This document shows, piece after piece, positions 1-9,901 of a stretch of 64,000 nucleotides of DNA. Under the pieces are notes generated by a model. That model saw nothing but the letters and a program-made list of their open reading frames with translations. It did not search any database and was not told the origin of the DNA. The DNA is from Synechococcus sp. (lineage in GTDB: Bacteria; Cyanobacteriota; Cyanobacteriia; PCC-6307; Cyanobiaceae): contig JBJBDL010000003.1 in NCBI GenBank assembly GCA_047285305.1, positions 1,024,001 to 1,088,000 on the forward strand. Direction: 5' to 3'. Every line of letters begins with the position of its first letter. The stretch's first letter is position 1. A program made the position numbers and the translations under genes.

Positions 1-690
1 GTTGCTCAGCGTGATCAGATCGAGTCCGTTGTTGCGCGGCGCCTCACCCCAGTACTGGGCAAAGGGCTCCAAGCGTTGCTGATGTTCGCTGAAGCGGACC
101 AGTTTGTACGGGCCTGTCCCCACAAAGCGGTCGTGCAGAAAACGGTCCTGGTGGTTGTGGTAGGCCGTTGGTGAGATCGGGGTGAGGTTGATCGACGTCA
201 GCAGGCCCTCCAGGGACGTGGAGGGGCGACTTAGGCGCAGCCGCAGGGTGTGGATGTCGGCCTCTTCCACTGCCGCAATCCGATCGCCCACCACATAGCT
301 GAGGGTTCCGATCTCGAGGAAGCGCCGCAGGCTGAAGGCCATGGCTTCGGCATTGAACGGCGTTCCATCGTGAAAAAGCACATCGGTGCGCAGGGGGACC
401 GAGACGGTGCGACCGCCATCACTCAGAACGGGGGCCGATGCCGCCAGGCGAGGTTCCAATGAGCCGTCCCGCCTGAGGAGATAGAGCGGATCCCCCAGGG
501 CGCTGATCAGCTGCGTGGCGACAAGGGTGCTGGCCTGGGCTGGATCCAGGGAGCTGATTCGGCCCGCTGAGGCCACCGTGATGCGGCTGGTGGGGGGCGG
601 GGCCTGACACCCCATCTGAGTGATGGCCAAGGCCAGAGCCATCAGCGCGCCACCGCACGTCCATCTCGTGGGGCGATCGATGCGATTCAA
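1..690 (-). CDS. ABC transporter peptide/nickel-type substrate-binding lipoprotein (SBP family 5), 3' part outside window
   Basis: Manual translation from TTG 690: hydrophobic stretch with lipobox-like ITQMGC, then SSLDPAQ, LEPRLA, LRTDVLFHDGTPFNAEAMAFSL and VGTGPYKL, typical of OppA/DppA/NikA-type SBPs. Start uncertain. Confidence 0.85.
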   Translation of the reverse strand, partial: MNRIDRPTRWTCGGALMALALAITQMGCQAPPPTSRITVASAGRISSLDPAQASTLVATQLISALGDPLYLLRRDGSLEPRLAASAPVLSDGGRTVSVPLRTDVLFHDGTPFNAEAMAFSLRRFLEIGTLSYVVGDRIAAVEEADIHTLRLRLSRPSTSLEGLLTSINLTPISPTAYHNHQDRFLHDRFVGTGPYKLVRFSEHQQRLEPFAQYWGEAPRNNGLDLITLSN

Positions 691-730
691 CGGGCCTCAA
701 CCAACACGAGTCGGCCCATTCAACAGGGAC

Positions 731-904
731 TTACCCGACCTGGCGAATCCTTTCCAGCGAGATTTCGAACACCGGTGAGCCCTCGTTGCTCTGCAGGGGC
801 CAGCGGCGCACCCAGCAGCGGTCGTGGTCACCATCCACGCCGATCACTTGATAGGTGTAGTCGTCACTGTCGAGATTGACGCAATCTCCCTGGTGCACCT
901 TCAT
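731..904 (-). CDS. Small hypothetical protein (57 aa)
   Basis: ATG 904 preceded by purine-rich GAGGAGGGGG; compact beta-rich sequence YQVIGVDGDHDRCWVRRWPL. Confidence 0.6.
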   Translation of the reverse strand: MKVHQGDCVNLDSDDYTYQVIGVDGDHDRCWVRRWPLQSNEGSPVFEISLERIRQVG

Positions 905-1068
905 CGGATTTACCCCCTCCTCTAGGGGGCAGCCTTGACCGGGACTCGAACAGGTGAGGTTCTGCATGAACCGTTTCGAGCACAGATCTGAGAATTCAGG
1001 CCTGTGCCGTGAAAGTTCTTGACACTCTGACGCACGCCCGGGGGCATTTGCCAGGGCCGACGCTCTCC

Positions 1069-2376
1069 CTAGAGGCAGCCGAGGTGAGCGGCCAGGCCAG
1101 ACACCTCCGGCAAAGCCTGGATGGCGTCCAGGGCTTCATCCATCTGACGTTGGCTCACTTCATGGGTGATCACAACGATCTCGGCGCCGGCGTCGCTGGC
1201 GTTGAACTGAACGATTGACTGGATCGACACGTTGCGTTGGCCGAAACAGCCGCCCACGTTCCCAATCACGCCAGGGGCATCTTTTGTCTTGAAACGCACA
1301 TAGTGGCGTTGGCGAATGTCGCCTGAGTCGACCAGAGCGCAGGGTCGCCAGCTGCTGGCCGCCAGCAGGGGATCCACGTTCCCGGGACCTTCACTGGCCT
1401 GGCGGATGCCAGCAATGTTGAGGATGTCGGCCACCACCGCAGAGGCGGTCGGGCCGGCTCCCGCACCGGGGCCGTAGAACATCACCCGGCCGATGGGGTC
1501 GCCTTCCACAAGGATGGCGTTGTTGACGCCGTTCACGCCCGCTAGGGGGTGGTCCTTGGGAACGAGCGTGGGCTGCACCCGCAGGGAGAGGGGCAGGGGA
1601 TCGCCGCTTTCAGCCATGCGCTCGGCCACGGCCAGCAGCTTCACGCCGTAGCCCAGTTGGTTGGCGTAATCCACATCCACGCCCTGCAGGCCACTGATGC
1701 CGATGGTTGGAACGGCAGCGCGATCCACGCTGCCGCCGAAGGCGAGGGTGGCCAGGATCGCGATCTTGTCGGCTGCGTCAAGACCGTCCACATCCGCTGC
1801 CGGATCGGCTTCGGCGTAGCCCAGCTCCTGGGCATCCTTGAGCACCGCCTCATAGGCGGCCCCCTCCTCAGCCATGCGGGTGAGGATGTAGTTGGTGGTG
1901 CCGTTAATGATGCCGCTGACGCGGTTGATGCGGTTGCCCCCTAGGGACTGCTTCAGCGGCTCAATGATGGGAATGCCGCCACCAACGGCGGCCTCGATCA
2001 GCACGTACACCCCAGCGGCGGCCGCGGCTCTAGCGATTTCCTGACCGTGGCGCGCGATCACGGCCTTGTTGGCCGTCACCACGGATTTGCCGGCTGCAAT
2101 CGCCTGGAGAATCAGGCTGCGGGCCGGCTCCAGACCACCGATCACTTCCACCACCACGTCCACGGCTGGGTCCCCAATCACCGCCGATGGGTCGGTGGTC
2201 AGCAGGCTTTCGTCCAGGGCCACGGGCCGAGGGCGGTTCAGATCGCGGACGGCAACACGGATCAGCTCCAGTTCACCCACCAGCGGGTGACGTTCGCTGG
2301 GGTTCTGGAGGATCGAAGCCACTCCACCGCCAACCGTGCCCAGTCCCAACAGACCCACGCCGACCTTTGCTGCCAT
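1069..2376 (-). CDS. hom: Homoserine dehydrogenase with C-terminal ACT domain
   Basis: GLGTVGGG Rossmann motif, VVTANKA, EAAVGGGIP, GIINGTTNYIL, GYAEADP..DVDG.D, GPGAG..PTASAV. Confidence 0.97.
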   Translation of the reverse strand: MAAKVGVGLLGLGTVGGGVASILQNPSERHPLVGELELIRVAVRDLNRPRPVALDESLLTTDPSAVIGDPAVDVVVEVIGGLEPARSLILQAIAAGKSVVTANKAVIARHGQEIARAAAAAGVYVLIEAAVGGGIPIIEPLKQSLGGNRINRVSGIINGTTNYILTRMAEEGAAYEAVLKDAQELGYAEADPAADVDGLDAADKIAILATLAFGGSVDRAAVPTIGISGLQGVDVDYANQLGYGVKLLAVAERMAESGDPLPLSLRVQPTLVPKDHPLAGVNGVNNAILVEGDPIGRVMFYGPGAGAGPTASAVVADILNIAGIRQASEGPGNVDPLLAASSWRPCALVDSGDIRQRHYVRFKTKDAPGVIGNVGGCFGQRNVSIQSIVQFNASDAGAEIVVITHEVSQRQMDEALDAIQALPEVSGLAAHLGCL

Positions 2377-2463
2377 CCCCTGTGATCCGTGTTGGAACGT
2401 TTGCGAGCGACTCTATGTATTGACGTGATTCGGCTTCTCTTCCTGTCCTGAACAGCCCTCGGG

Positions 2464-2886
2464 TCAGCTTTCCAGTTGACGGGCCTGCTCCTGCATGGCC
2501 AGGAGGATGTTGAGGAAGCCATTGGCGCGGGAGGGCGTCAGGCTGGCCTGCAGGCCTGTTGCCGCAATGAAGGCTGGGTCCACAGCCTGCACCTGGGCCG
2601 GCGTCAATCCATCCAGCCCCTGGATCAACAACGCCAGCAGTCCCTTGGTGATCAGCGCATCGGAGTCCCCCTGCCAGCGCATCACTCCTTCATCGAGGGC
2701 ACCCCGTACAAACACCTGCGACACACACCCCTTCACCTTGATGTCGTTGGTCTGCTCCTCGGCCGGCATGGGCGCGAGCTTCTTGGCCAACCAGAGCACA
2801 TACTCGTAGCGGCGTTTTGGATCGGCGGTGCCGCCCAAGCGCTCCACCATCCGGTCGAGGGCATCACTGCCGGTGCTGGTGGCCAT
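2464..2886 (-). CDS. sufE: SufE family Fe-S sulfur-transfer protein
   Basis: VKGCVSQV active-site Cys, GDSDALITKGL, LTPSRANGF. Confidence 0.93.
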   Translation of the reverse strand: MATSTGSDALDRMVERLGGTADPKRRYEYVLWLAKKLAPMPAEEQTNDIKVKGCVSQVFVRGALDEGVMRWQGDSDALITKGLLALLIQGLDGLTPAQVQAVDPAFIAATGLQASLTPSRANGFLNILLAMQEQARQLES

Positions 2887-3313
2887 GCGGGGCTAAGTCG
2901 TTTTGACGTCGCACGCTAACCAGCAGCCCCACCATCACCAGGCTGAAGGGGACCATCACCACCTCATTCAGATTCACTTCGCCGTCTCGAACGGGAAGTT
3001 CGAGGTAGTCGCGGTGGCCTGGACCACCGTCCACTTGGAGATCAACGGTGCCGTTGCCCACGCTGCTGAGATCGAGGCTCAGGCGTCCCTCGGCATCGGT
3101 GCGGCCCAGTTCCTGTCCTGGCGTGCCATCGGCATTCAGCAAGCGAACAACGGCTCCCTGGGTGGGCTCACCGTTGGAAAAGCTGCTGCTCAATTGCAGA
3201 TCGCCATCGAGATACTGCAGAGCACTTTCGATCTGATGGGCCTTGGCAGGGGGCAGCACCGCGCCGTGCAGCACCGAGCCGAGCAGAAGCAGTGGAGCCA
3301 GCAGACGCAGCAT
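2864..3313 (-). CDS. Exported, C-terminally anchored protein resembling NikL-type accessory components of Ni/Co transporters
   Basis: Signal peptide ending AKA|H, FSNGEP..GAVV, GRTDAEGR, GGPGH, C-terminal hydrophobic helix followed by RR. Confidence 0.6.
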   Translation of the reverse strand: MLRLLAPLLLLGSVLHGAVLPPAKAHQIESALQYLDGDLQLSSSFSNGEPTQGAVVRLLNADGTPGQELGRTDAEGRLSLDLSSVGNGTVDLQVDGGPGHRDYLELPVRDGEVNLNEVVMVPFSLVMVGLLVSVRRQNDLAPHGHQHRQ

Positions 3314-3348
3314 GGAAGGGCGATCAATGGTGCCCATGATGCGGCCCC

Positions 3349-3897
3349 TCAGGCGGGCCGACCAGCACCCTGTTCCGTGATCCAGCCGGTAAACGGAACA
3401 TCCCAGGACTCTCTAGGCAACGTCTCGGCCGCAAGGCAGTTCGAGGGGAGAATCACCCAGGCCGGCACGGCAGCCCAGGCGGGATCAGCCCTGAGCCGGT
3501 CGTAATACCCACCGCCGTAGCCAAGACGGATTCCAGCGCTGTCCACCGCCAGCGCCGGCACCAGCAGCAGCGCCAGCTGATCGGGTTGCAGGGCGTCTCC
3601 TGCGGCAGGAGCGGGAATGCCGCAGCCATCGGGCTGAAGCGGGTCCTCACCCCAGCTCCGGTAGATGAGTCCGCCGCAGCCATCAGCCACCGGCAAGGCC
3701 AAGGGCGGATGGGGACCATCCTGCAGCGGCCTTACATCCACCTCCCCCGGAAGGGGCCAGTAGATCCCCACATGGCGGTTGCCGCAGTTGGACTGGCTGA
3801 TCAGCACCGCCACGACGTCCTGGATGGATCGCGTGGCTGCTTCTCCCAGATCACGCTGGGCTTTGAAGTGACGGCGCAGGGTTGGTTTGCTGCTCAT
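3349..3897 (-). CDS. 5-formyltetrahydrofolate cyclo-ligase
   Basis: K..LR N-terminus, [35 protein letters not shown]. Confidence 0.93.
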   Translation of the reverse strand: MSSKPTLRRHFKAQRDLGEAATRSIQDVVAVLISQSNCGNRHVGIYWPLPGEVDVRPLQDGPHPPLALPVADGCGGLIYRSWGEDPLQPDGCGIPAPAAGDALQPDQLALLLVPALAVDSAGIRLGYGGGYYDRLRADPAWAAVPAWVILPSNCLAAETLPRESWDVPFTGWITEQGAGRPA

Positions 3898-4358
3898 CGC
3901 TGCAACCAGGCCGTCAGTGCCACCGCCAGGGCATCGGCTGCATCATCCGGTCGGGGCGGTTCCTCCAGGTTCAACTCCCGCATCACTGCCTCCAGTACTT
4001 CATCCTTCTCGGCATGGCCGAACCCCGCCACGGCGAGTTTGATTTGCATGGGAGGGAACTCCATCATCGGGATCTTGAAGCGGGCCAGGGTCATCACCAC
4101 CACGCCACGCGCTTGCACCACATTGATGGTGTTGCTGGATCGGTAGAAGAAAAACTTCTCCACGGCCGCTAGTTCCGGGCGCCAGATTCGGATCAGCTGG
4201 CGCAGGTCGCCTGCGATCTCCACCATGCGATCACCATCGGAGCGACCGGAATCGGTCTGGATGATGCCGCAATCGAGCATGCGCTGGCATCCGTCCTGAA
4301 TGTCGATCACCCCGTAGCCCACTCGGGCGAGGCCCGGGTCGATGCCGAGGATTCGCAT
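3894..4358 (-). CDS. ruvC: Holliday junction resolvase RuvC
   Basis: [29 protein letters not shown]. Confidence 0.97.
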   Translation of the reverse strand: MRILGIDPGLARVGYGVIDIQDGCQRMLDCGIIQTDSGRSDGDRMVEIAGDLRQLIRIWRPELAAVEKFFFYRSSNTINVVQARGVVVMTLARFKIPMMEFPPMQIKLAVAGFGHAEKDEVLEAVMRELNLEEPPRPDDAADALAVALTAWLQR

Positions 4359-4376
4359 GGGCTGATTGTGGGGGGA

Positions 4377-5465
4377 TCAGGCAGCGAGGGCTAGTTCGAA
4401 ATCAGCGCGGTCGCTGCTCTCGCTGCGCTCGAACACCTTGCAGAACACCTTCACCACACGGTCGCCGGAATCCACTTGCTCGAGGGGGTCTTTGCGCAAA
4501 CGGTGCCGCAGGCAGCAGGAGGCCACGCGGGCCACGTCTTCCTCGCTTACTTCCGTGCGTCCCTCGAAGGCGGCCAGGGCCCGGGCGGCACGATTGGTGA
4601 CGATGTCACCTCGCAGACCATCCACATCCAGTTCGCCGCAAACGGCGGAGATGCGCAGGCGCAGATCCTCATCGATGGTCACCTGACCGAGGCGTTGCTG
4701 GGCCTCCACTACCCGCTGTTGCAGGGCGTTTTGATTGCCCTCCACGGCGGTGCTGAAGCCATCGGGATCGCTGTCGAAGGACGTGCGCTGGTCCACCACC
4801 TGCACCCGCAGCTCAGGATCACGCACGGTGCGCACTTCCACGCTCATGCCGAAACGGTCGAGCAGCTGGGGGCGGAGTTCGCCTTCCTCCGGGTTGCCGG
4901 AGCCGATCAACACGAAACGGGCTGGGTGGCGCACGGATACACCCTCCCGTTCCACCGTGTTCCAGCCGGAGGCCGCTGAATCGAGAAGCACGTCGACGAG
5001 GTGGTCGTCGAGCAGGTTCACCTCATCCACGTAGAGCAGGCCGCGGTTGGCTTTTGCCAGCAGACCGGGCTCAAAGGCGCGCACGCCTTCGCTCAGGGCT
5101 TTCTCGATGTCGATGGTGCCGCAGAGGCGGTCTTCCGTTGCACCGAGGGGCAAGTCCACCATCGGCACCTGCCGCGGTTCAGTGCTCAGGGTTTCCCCCT
5201 GTTGCATCCGCTCGCGCACCTCACTGCTCTGCAGGTCGGGATCGCTGGCCGAGCTGTTGTATGGATCGCCGGCGACAACGTCGATGTCCGGCAGCAGATC
5301 GGCCAGGGCACGGATCGTGGTGGATTTGCCGGTGCCACGGTCTCCCATGATCATCACGCCGCCGATGCGCGGATCGATCACGTTGAGAAGTAGGGCCAGC
5401 TTCATCTCCTCTTGACCGATCACCGCAGTGAAGGGGAAGACCCTGCGCTTCCGGGGTTCAGTCAC
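4377..5465 (-). CDS. chlI: Magnesium chelatase ATPase subunit I
   Basis: FPFTAVIGQEEMKLAL, GDRGTGKST, LYVDEVNLLDDH, GSGNPEEGELRPQLLDRF; likely GTG start at 5465. Confidence 0.98.
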   Translation of the reverse strand: MTEPRKRRVFPFTAVIGQEEMKLALLLNVIDPRIGGVMIMGDRGTGKSTTIRALADLLPDIDVVAGDPYNSSASDPDLQSSEVRERMQQGETLSTEPRQVPMVDLPLGATEDRLCGTIDIEKALSEGVRAFEPGLLAKANRGLLYVDEVNLLDDHLVDVLLDSAASGWNTVEREGVSVRHPARFVLIGSGNPEEGELRPQLLDRFGMSVEVRTVRDPELRVQVVDQRTSFDSDPDGFSTAVEGNQNALQQRVVEAQQRLGQVTIDEDLRLRISAVCGELDVDGLRGDIVTNRAARALAAFEGRTEVSEEDVARVASCCLRHRLRKDPLEQVDSGDRVVKVFCKVFERSESSDRADFELALAA

Positions 5466-5485
5466 GAGCAATTCTCCAGGCGTGC

Positions 5486-6838
5486 TCAGGATTGTTTCAC
5501 AGGCTGCACGGTGATCACCTGCGGTGGCGTGGCATCAGCGGGATAGACCAGGCGAACGCGCACCTGTTTGGCCTCCCCTGGCTTGAGCATCAGCTGCCCC
5601 AAGGACGGCCCCTGTTGCCCCTGGCGTAGTACCAGGTGCTGGGTTTGGCGCCCCTTGGAAACACCCTCTGAATCCTCCAGACCCGTTGTCTGCACAGGCC
5701 CGCGGAACATCACCGGGCCGTTGAGGTCATCGCGGAAGCGCAGCATGGAGGTGGTGCTGTTGCCTTTGAGGGGCGAATCCAGCGACAACTGCAGCGTTAC
5801 GGCGGCTGAGCCAGTGTTTTTCAGCGGCAGGGTGAGGTCGTACTCCACCCCGTAGTTGCCATGGGCAGCCCAGGCTGTGCCGGGATAGAAGCTTTTGAGT
5901 TCCGCGGTTTGCACCTGGTTGGTGGCGAGGGTGCCGCGCTCCAGGCTGCTGATCGGCCAGGAGATGGGGGCCGTGGGTGCTTCCAGCACAGGGCTGCCCG
6001 GGTCGGTGATGCGGGCCCGCCAGCTGCTGCCGATCTGAATACCGCTCACCCTTGAATAGATGATCTTGCCCTTGCTGCCCGGAGGGGTGGGTTGGTGCTC
6101 TTTGCTGCTCATGCGCTGGTCCTTGAGCAGCTGTAGCCAGTGCTGTTCACTTGGAGCCTTCCCGTCTTCACCGTGAGCGGCCAGGGTGGCCAGCGCCACA
6201 GGGCCGGAGCTGTGGAAGCGAAGTTGCAGGTTGCGGCCATTGAGCAAGGGATCGAGGCCGGCCACGGGAATGGGCAGCAGCAACAGCTGTTTTGGTGCGC
6301 CGGGAGCCAGGCTCCAGCGGCGGTTGGTGAGTTCCGCTGCGCTGCGGCGGGCCAACAGATCTCCGGCCACACGGCTGCCGGGTCCTGACGCCACCACTTC
6401 AGTGGTTTCCGGCATCAGGCTCGGCAAGGGCAGGAAGGGGGCCTGGGTCTGGCCAGGCCCTGTGGCCTGCGAGAGCGAGGTGCTGCCCGAGAGCAGCTGC
6501 AGGGTCACAGGAGCATTCTTCAGCGGACCTGCCAGCAGCACCAGCCACAGGGTTGAGCTGGGGCTGCCTTCCGCATCACCGGCATACACGTGGTGGCTGA
6601 ACAGGTCGAAGCGACCGTTGAGCACTACCGGAACCGACGCCGCCTTCCCATCGGGGAATGTTGAGATCAGGATGCCGTCGTCCTTGATCAGTTCGGGGTT
6701 GTTGTCGTTCACCATCAACACGCTGTCGAGGCCTCCCGGCAGGGGGCGAACGCTCTGCTGACGCTCAATTACCTCCGCAGCGCCGGGCATGGTTGCAACA
6801 GCCAGCCAGGCAGCAGTCAACAGCGGAGTGAGCTTCAT
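5486..6838 (-). CDS. DUF3370 family exported protein
   Basis: Signal peptide; VRPLPGGLD, NNPEL...GILISTF, AHGNYGVEY, YPADATPPQV. Confidence 0.8.
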   Translation of the reverse strand: MKLTPLLTAAWLAVATMPGAAEVIERQQSVRPLPGGLDSVLMVNDNNPELIKDDGILISTFPDGKAASVPVVLNGRFDLFSHHVYAGDAEGSPSSTLWLVLLAGPLKNAPVTLQLLSGSTSLSQATGPGQTQAPFLPLPSLMPETTEVVASGPGSRVAGDLLARRSAAELTNRRWSLAPGAPKQLLLLPIPVAGLDPLLNGRNLQLRFHSSGPVALATLAAHGEDGKAPSEQHWLQLLKDQRMSSKEHQPTPPGSKGKIIYSRVSGIQIGSSWRARITDPGSPVLEAPTAPISWPISSLERGTLATNQVQTAELKSFYPGTAWAAHGNYGVEYDLTLPLKNTGSAAVTLQLSLDSPLKGNSTTSMLRFRDDLNGPVMFRGPVQTTGLEDSEGVSKGRQTQHLVLRQGQQGPSLGQLMLKPGEAKQVRVRLVYPADATPPQVITVQPVKQS

Positions 6839-7980
6839 GGCTTGCGCGGAACAGGGATGGGTTTGAGGTGCGGTGCCATGGCAGCGGAGAGCTGACGGAT
6901 CAGTTCGGTGGATCGGGGGTCATTGAAGGGGCCCTCCACCAGAAATCCCGCCACAGCGCGTCGTCCGTCGGGGAGTTCGATCAGCCCGGCATCGGCGTAT
7001 GCAATGCCGATGTCGCCTGTTTTGTTGTAGATGCGGTACCCCTTGCGGGCCAGGCTTTCGTCCGGTTCGCCCTGGGCGCCACCGAGGCCGCGCATCAAGC
7101 CCCTGGGCAGCAGCGTGTTGGTGATCGACGTGCCCATCACCTCGCGAAACAGATCCCGGCTGCGGGGAGCCAGCAGCTCACCGCTATCAACCAAGGCGAT
7201 GGCCCGGCTGAGATCTCTGGCACTGGTGGTGTTGGTTCCGTCGAGATCCGGCAGCCAGTTGTTCACCACGGTTGAGGGCAGGTCCAGCTCCTGAAAGCGG
7301 GCGTTGATCGCATCCATTCCCCCCGCCCGGGCAATCATCAGGTTGGTGGCAGAGTTGTCGCTCACTCGGATCATTTCCGTGGCTACCTCATGGGTGGGGA
7401 AGCGACTGCCCAGGGGCTGGTAAGCCATCCAACCGGCGCCTCCCCCCACCAGCTCCTCGGTGAGCGTGAGCGGTTCGTTCCACTGCAGTGTTCCCTGATC
7501 CAGCAGTTCCAGCACTGCGAGCAGAATCGGCGTCTTGATCGAGCTGGCGGCAGCCATCGGCCGTTCGGCTTGCATGGCCGCAAAGCGCCCGTCGTCGAGG
7601 ATCAGCATGTAGGCACTGGCCTGCAGATCGCCCTGTTGCGCGGCCAGCTCCAACCAGCGCTCCGAAAGCGCTCTGATTTCCTGCCTCGGGGCGAAGCGTG
7701 CCTGTTTCAGGCCCTTCGCCACGACAGGAGCAGTTTTCTTCCCAGCGGCATACTTAGTGCTGGGCGGCTCCACGGCGTCACCGAGCAGCGTGGTGATCAG
7801 CGCTTGATCGGCTAGCCAGCTGGGCAGTGCGATCTCCTGTTGCTGAACTCGGGGCGCCAGCAGCCGCAGGACGCTGCCGGTGAGCAGTCCAAGACCCACT
7901 CCCATCATCACCAGCCGCAGGATGAGCTGGGCCGGACCTTTCCAGCCGGCGGAGCGACGTGACGAACGACTGCTGCTCAA
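6835..7980 (-). CDS. Class A beta-lactamase-like serine hydrolase (cyanobacterial PBP-A type)
   Basis: SxxK (ASSIK), SDN and KTG motifs; N-terminal TM helix. Confidence 0.9.
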   Translation of the reverse strand: MSSSRSSRRSAGWKGPAQLILRLVMMGVGLGLLTGSVLRLLAPRVQQQEIALPSWLADQALITTLLGDAVEPPSTKYAAGKKTAPVVAKGLKQARFAPRQEIRALSERWLELAAQQGDLQASAYMLILDDGRFAAMQAERPMAAASSIKTPILLAVLELLDQGTLQWNEPLTLTEELVGGGAGWMAYQPLGSRFPTHEVATEMIRVSDNSATNLMIARAGGMDAINARFQELDLPSTVVNNWLPDLDGTNTTSARDLSRAIALVDSGELLAPRSRDLFREVMGTSITNTLLPRGLMRGLGGAQGEPDESLARKGYRIYNKTGDIGIAYADAGLIELPDGRRAVAGFLVEGPFNDPRSTELIRQLSAAMAPHLKPIPVPRKP

Positions 7981-8008
7981 CCTTTCAGCCGTGACTATTC
8001 GGCAGAGA

Positions 8009-8755
8009 TTAGGGGCGCTTGGCGCGGATGGCCCAGCGCAGTTGGCGCACCATTCCCCGTAGCAGAGCCACCTCTTCGGCGCGTACGGTGGCGCGTTGTA
8101 GCAGATCCCTCACCTTGGCCATGCGGGCGGAGGCGGTGTGCTCCAGCAGGAAACCGGCCTCCAACAGCAGGTCTGTGGCGTCGTCAAGACAGGCTGAAAG
8201 AGCCTTGGCGGCTGCCGGGTCCGGCGATGGGGGCTCGATGCAGCGGGTTTCAGCGGTCCTGCTGTTGAGGCGGGCCAACTCATGCAGCACCACCGCCACG
8301 GCGTGGGAGAGATTCAGTGAGGGATAGGCCTCCCCGCTCTGCAGGCAGAGAACCCTCTGGCAGAGCCGCAGCTCACTGTTGCTGAGGCCGCGGTCTTCCC
8401 GTCCAAACACCAAGGCCACGGGGGCGACTGAGCTTGAGCTGCTGCCATCGCTGGCCAGCAACCAACCCAGGGCCTGCTCGGGTGTTTGCAGGGGGATCTC
8501 GCCATGGTCCAGGCGTCCGCAACTGCCCACGGTTCGCCGGCAGTCATTGATGGCCGTCAGCAGGTCGGGAACCACTACGGCGGCCTGAAGCAGTGCTTGG
8601 CCGTGCACGGCCATAAGCATGGACTCCTCGCTGAGGTGGTCACAGCGGGGGGCTACCAGCCGCAGTTCGCTTACGCCGAAATTGGCGCAGAGCCTCGCCA
8701 CGCTTCCGACGTTAAGGGGGCCGGCCGGCTCCACAAGCACGACAACGGCATTCAA
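8009..8755 (-). CDS. SPOUT RNA methyltransferase, TrmJ/LasT family
   Basis: VVLVEP...NVGSVAR..NFG, ALVFGRED.GL, YPSLNLSHAV. Confidence 0.92.
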   Translation of the reverse strand: MNAVVVLVEPAGPLNVGSVARLCANFGVSELRLVAPRCDHLSEESMLMAVHGQALLQAAVVVPDLLTAINDCRRTVGSCGRLDHGEIPLQTPEQALGWLLASDGSSSSSVAPVALVFGREDRGLSNSELRLCQRVLCLQSGEAYPSLNLSHAVAVVLHELARLNSRTAETRCIEPPSPDPAAAKALSACLDDATDLLLEAGFLLEHTASARMAKVRDLLQRATVRAEEVALLRGMVRQLRWAIRAKRP

Positions 8756-8764
8756 GGCAGCGGC

Positions 8765-9178
8765 TCAGCTGAGGGTGTGCAGGTAGGCCAGCAGGTCGGC
8801 CATCGATTGCGGTTCCATCTCAAAGCTAGGCATGGGGGGAGTCTCGCCACTGATGATTTGGTGCACCAGAACGGGGTCTTTGAGCTGCTTGCTGACGCCC
8901 TGAAGTTGAGGGCCCACCAACCCCTGGCCAGCAAGGCCGTGGCAGCCGGCGCAATTGATCCGGAACAGCTGGCCGCCGTGGTCAACGGCCCCCTGCAGCT
9001 CAAGGCTGGCCTTGATGTACGGGTCCTGCTGGGCGCTGCCCAGAACCCAGAGCACCAGCACCATGCAAGCCGTGGCAGCCGACACCACAAGGGCCGCGAT
9101 CAGGCTGCGACCCCGATCGCTCGAATCATTTGCATCAGCTGATGCCGATTCGGCCGCAATTCGTGACGGCTGGACCAC
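8765..9178 (-). CDS. cytM: Cytochrome cM
   Basis: TM anchor, DPY, CAGCH haem motif, G.VGP.L, GETPPMPSF. Confidence 0.9.
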   Translation of the reverse strand: MVQPSRIAAESASADANDSSDRGRSLIAALVVSAATACMVLVLWVLGSAQQDPYIKASLELQGAVDHGGQLFRINCAGCHGLAGQGLVGPQLQGVSKQLKDPVLVHQIISGETPPMPSFEMEPQSMADLLAYLHTLS

Positions 9179-9234
9179 AGACCTGGAGTTCCAATGAGAG
9201 AATTCTCCCTAATTCTGATTGCTGACGCGACGCG

Positions 9235-9351
9235 ATGATCGAACCTCTGCTATGCGGCATCGTTCTGGGTCTGATCCCCGTCACGCTGATGGGTCTGTTC
9301 GTGGCGGCATGGAACCAGTACCGCCGTGGTGGCAGCGCTCTGGGGGGCTGA
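9235..9351 (+). CDS. petG: Cytochrome b6f subunit V (38 aa; not in ORF track)
   Basis: Manual translation [38 protein letters not shown], matching the PetG pattern. Confidence 0.96.
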   Translation: MIEPLLCGIVLGLIPVTLMGLFVAAWNQYRRGGSALGG

Positions 9352-9901
9352 GCAGCATCACGCTGCTGATGCCGTAGCGGCGTTGATCCACCACCGTCCA
9401 ATCTGAGCCCGGTTCTGGGTTCAGGTTGGAGCGGTGTTCACACACCACCAGAGAATCCTGGTGAAGCCAATTTCCCTCGGCGAGGGCGATCAGGCTGGGT
9501 TCGTAGAGGCCCTGGCCGTACGGAGGGTCGAAGTAGACGATGTCAAAGGGCTCCTGGCTCCAGCCCTTGCGCAACCATGTGATCAGTTCCCGCCGTTCTG
9601 TGCGGATCTCCGGTGCCGGTGAACGGCTTGCTGCCACTGCATTGAGGTTGCTGCGGCTGACGCGGATGCATTGCGGGTCTTGATCAACGGCCACCACACA
9701 GCGCGCCCCCCGCTGCAGAGCCTCACAGCCCATTACGCCGCTGCCGCTGCAGAGGTCGAGCCAGCGGCAGTCCTGCAGGTGCGGGGCGAGGATGTTCATC
9801 ACAGCTTCGCGCACCCTGGAGGTGGTGGGCCGAGCCGTGCGACCCCGGGGGCTGAGCAGCCGTCGCCCTCCGCTGAGTCGCAGCTGCCCGTCACCGCTCA
9901 T
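9281..9901 (-). CDS. rsmD: 16S rRNA m2G966 methyltransferase
   Basis: [31 protein letters not shown]. Confidence 0.93.
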   Translation of the reverse strand: MSGDGQLRLSGGRRLLSPRGRTARPTTSRVREAVMNILAPHLQDCRWLDLCSGSGVMGCEALQRGARCVVAVDQDPQCIRVSRSNLNAVAASRSPAPEIRTERRELITWLRKGWSQEPFDIVYFDPPYGQGLYEPSLIALAEGNWLHQDSLVVCEHRSNLNPEPGSDWTVVDQRRYGISSVMLLSPPERCHHGGTGSMPPRTDPSA

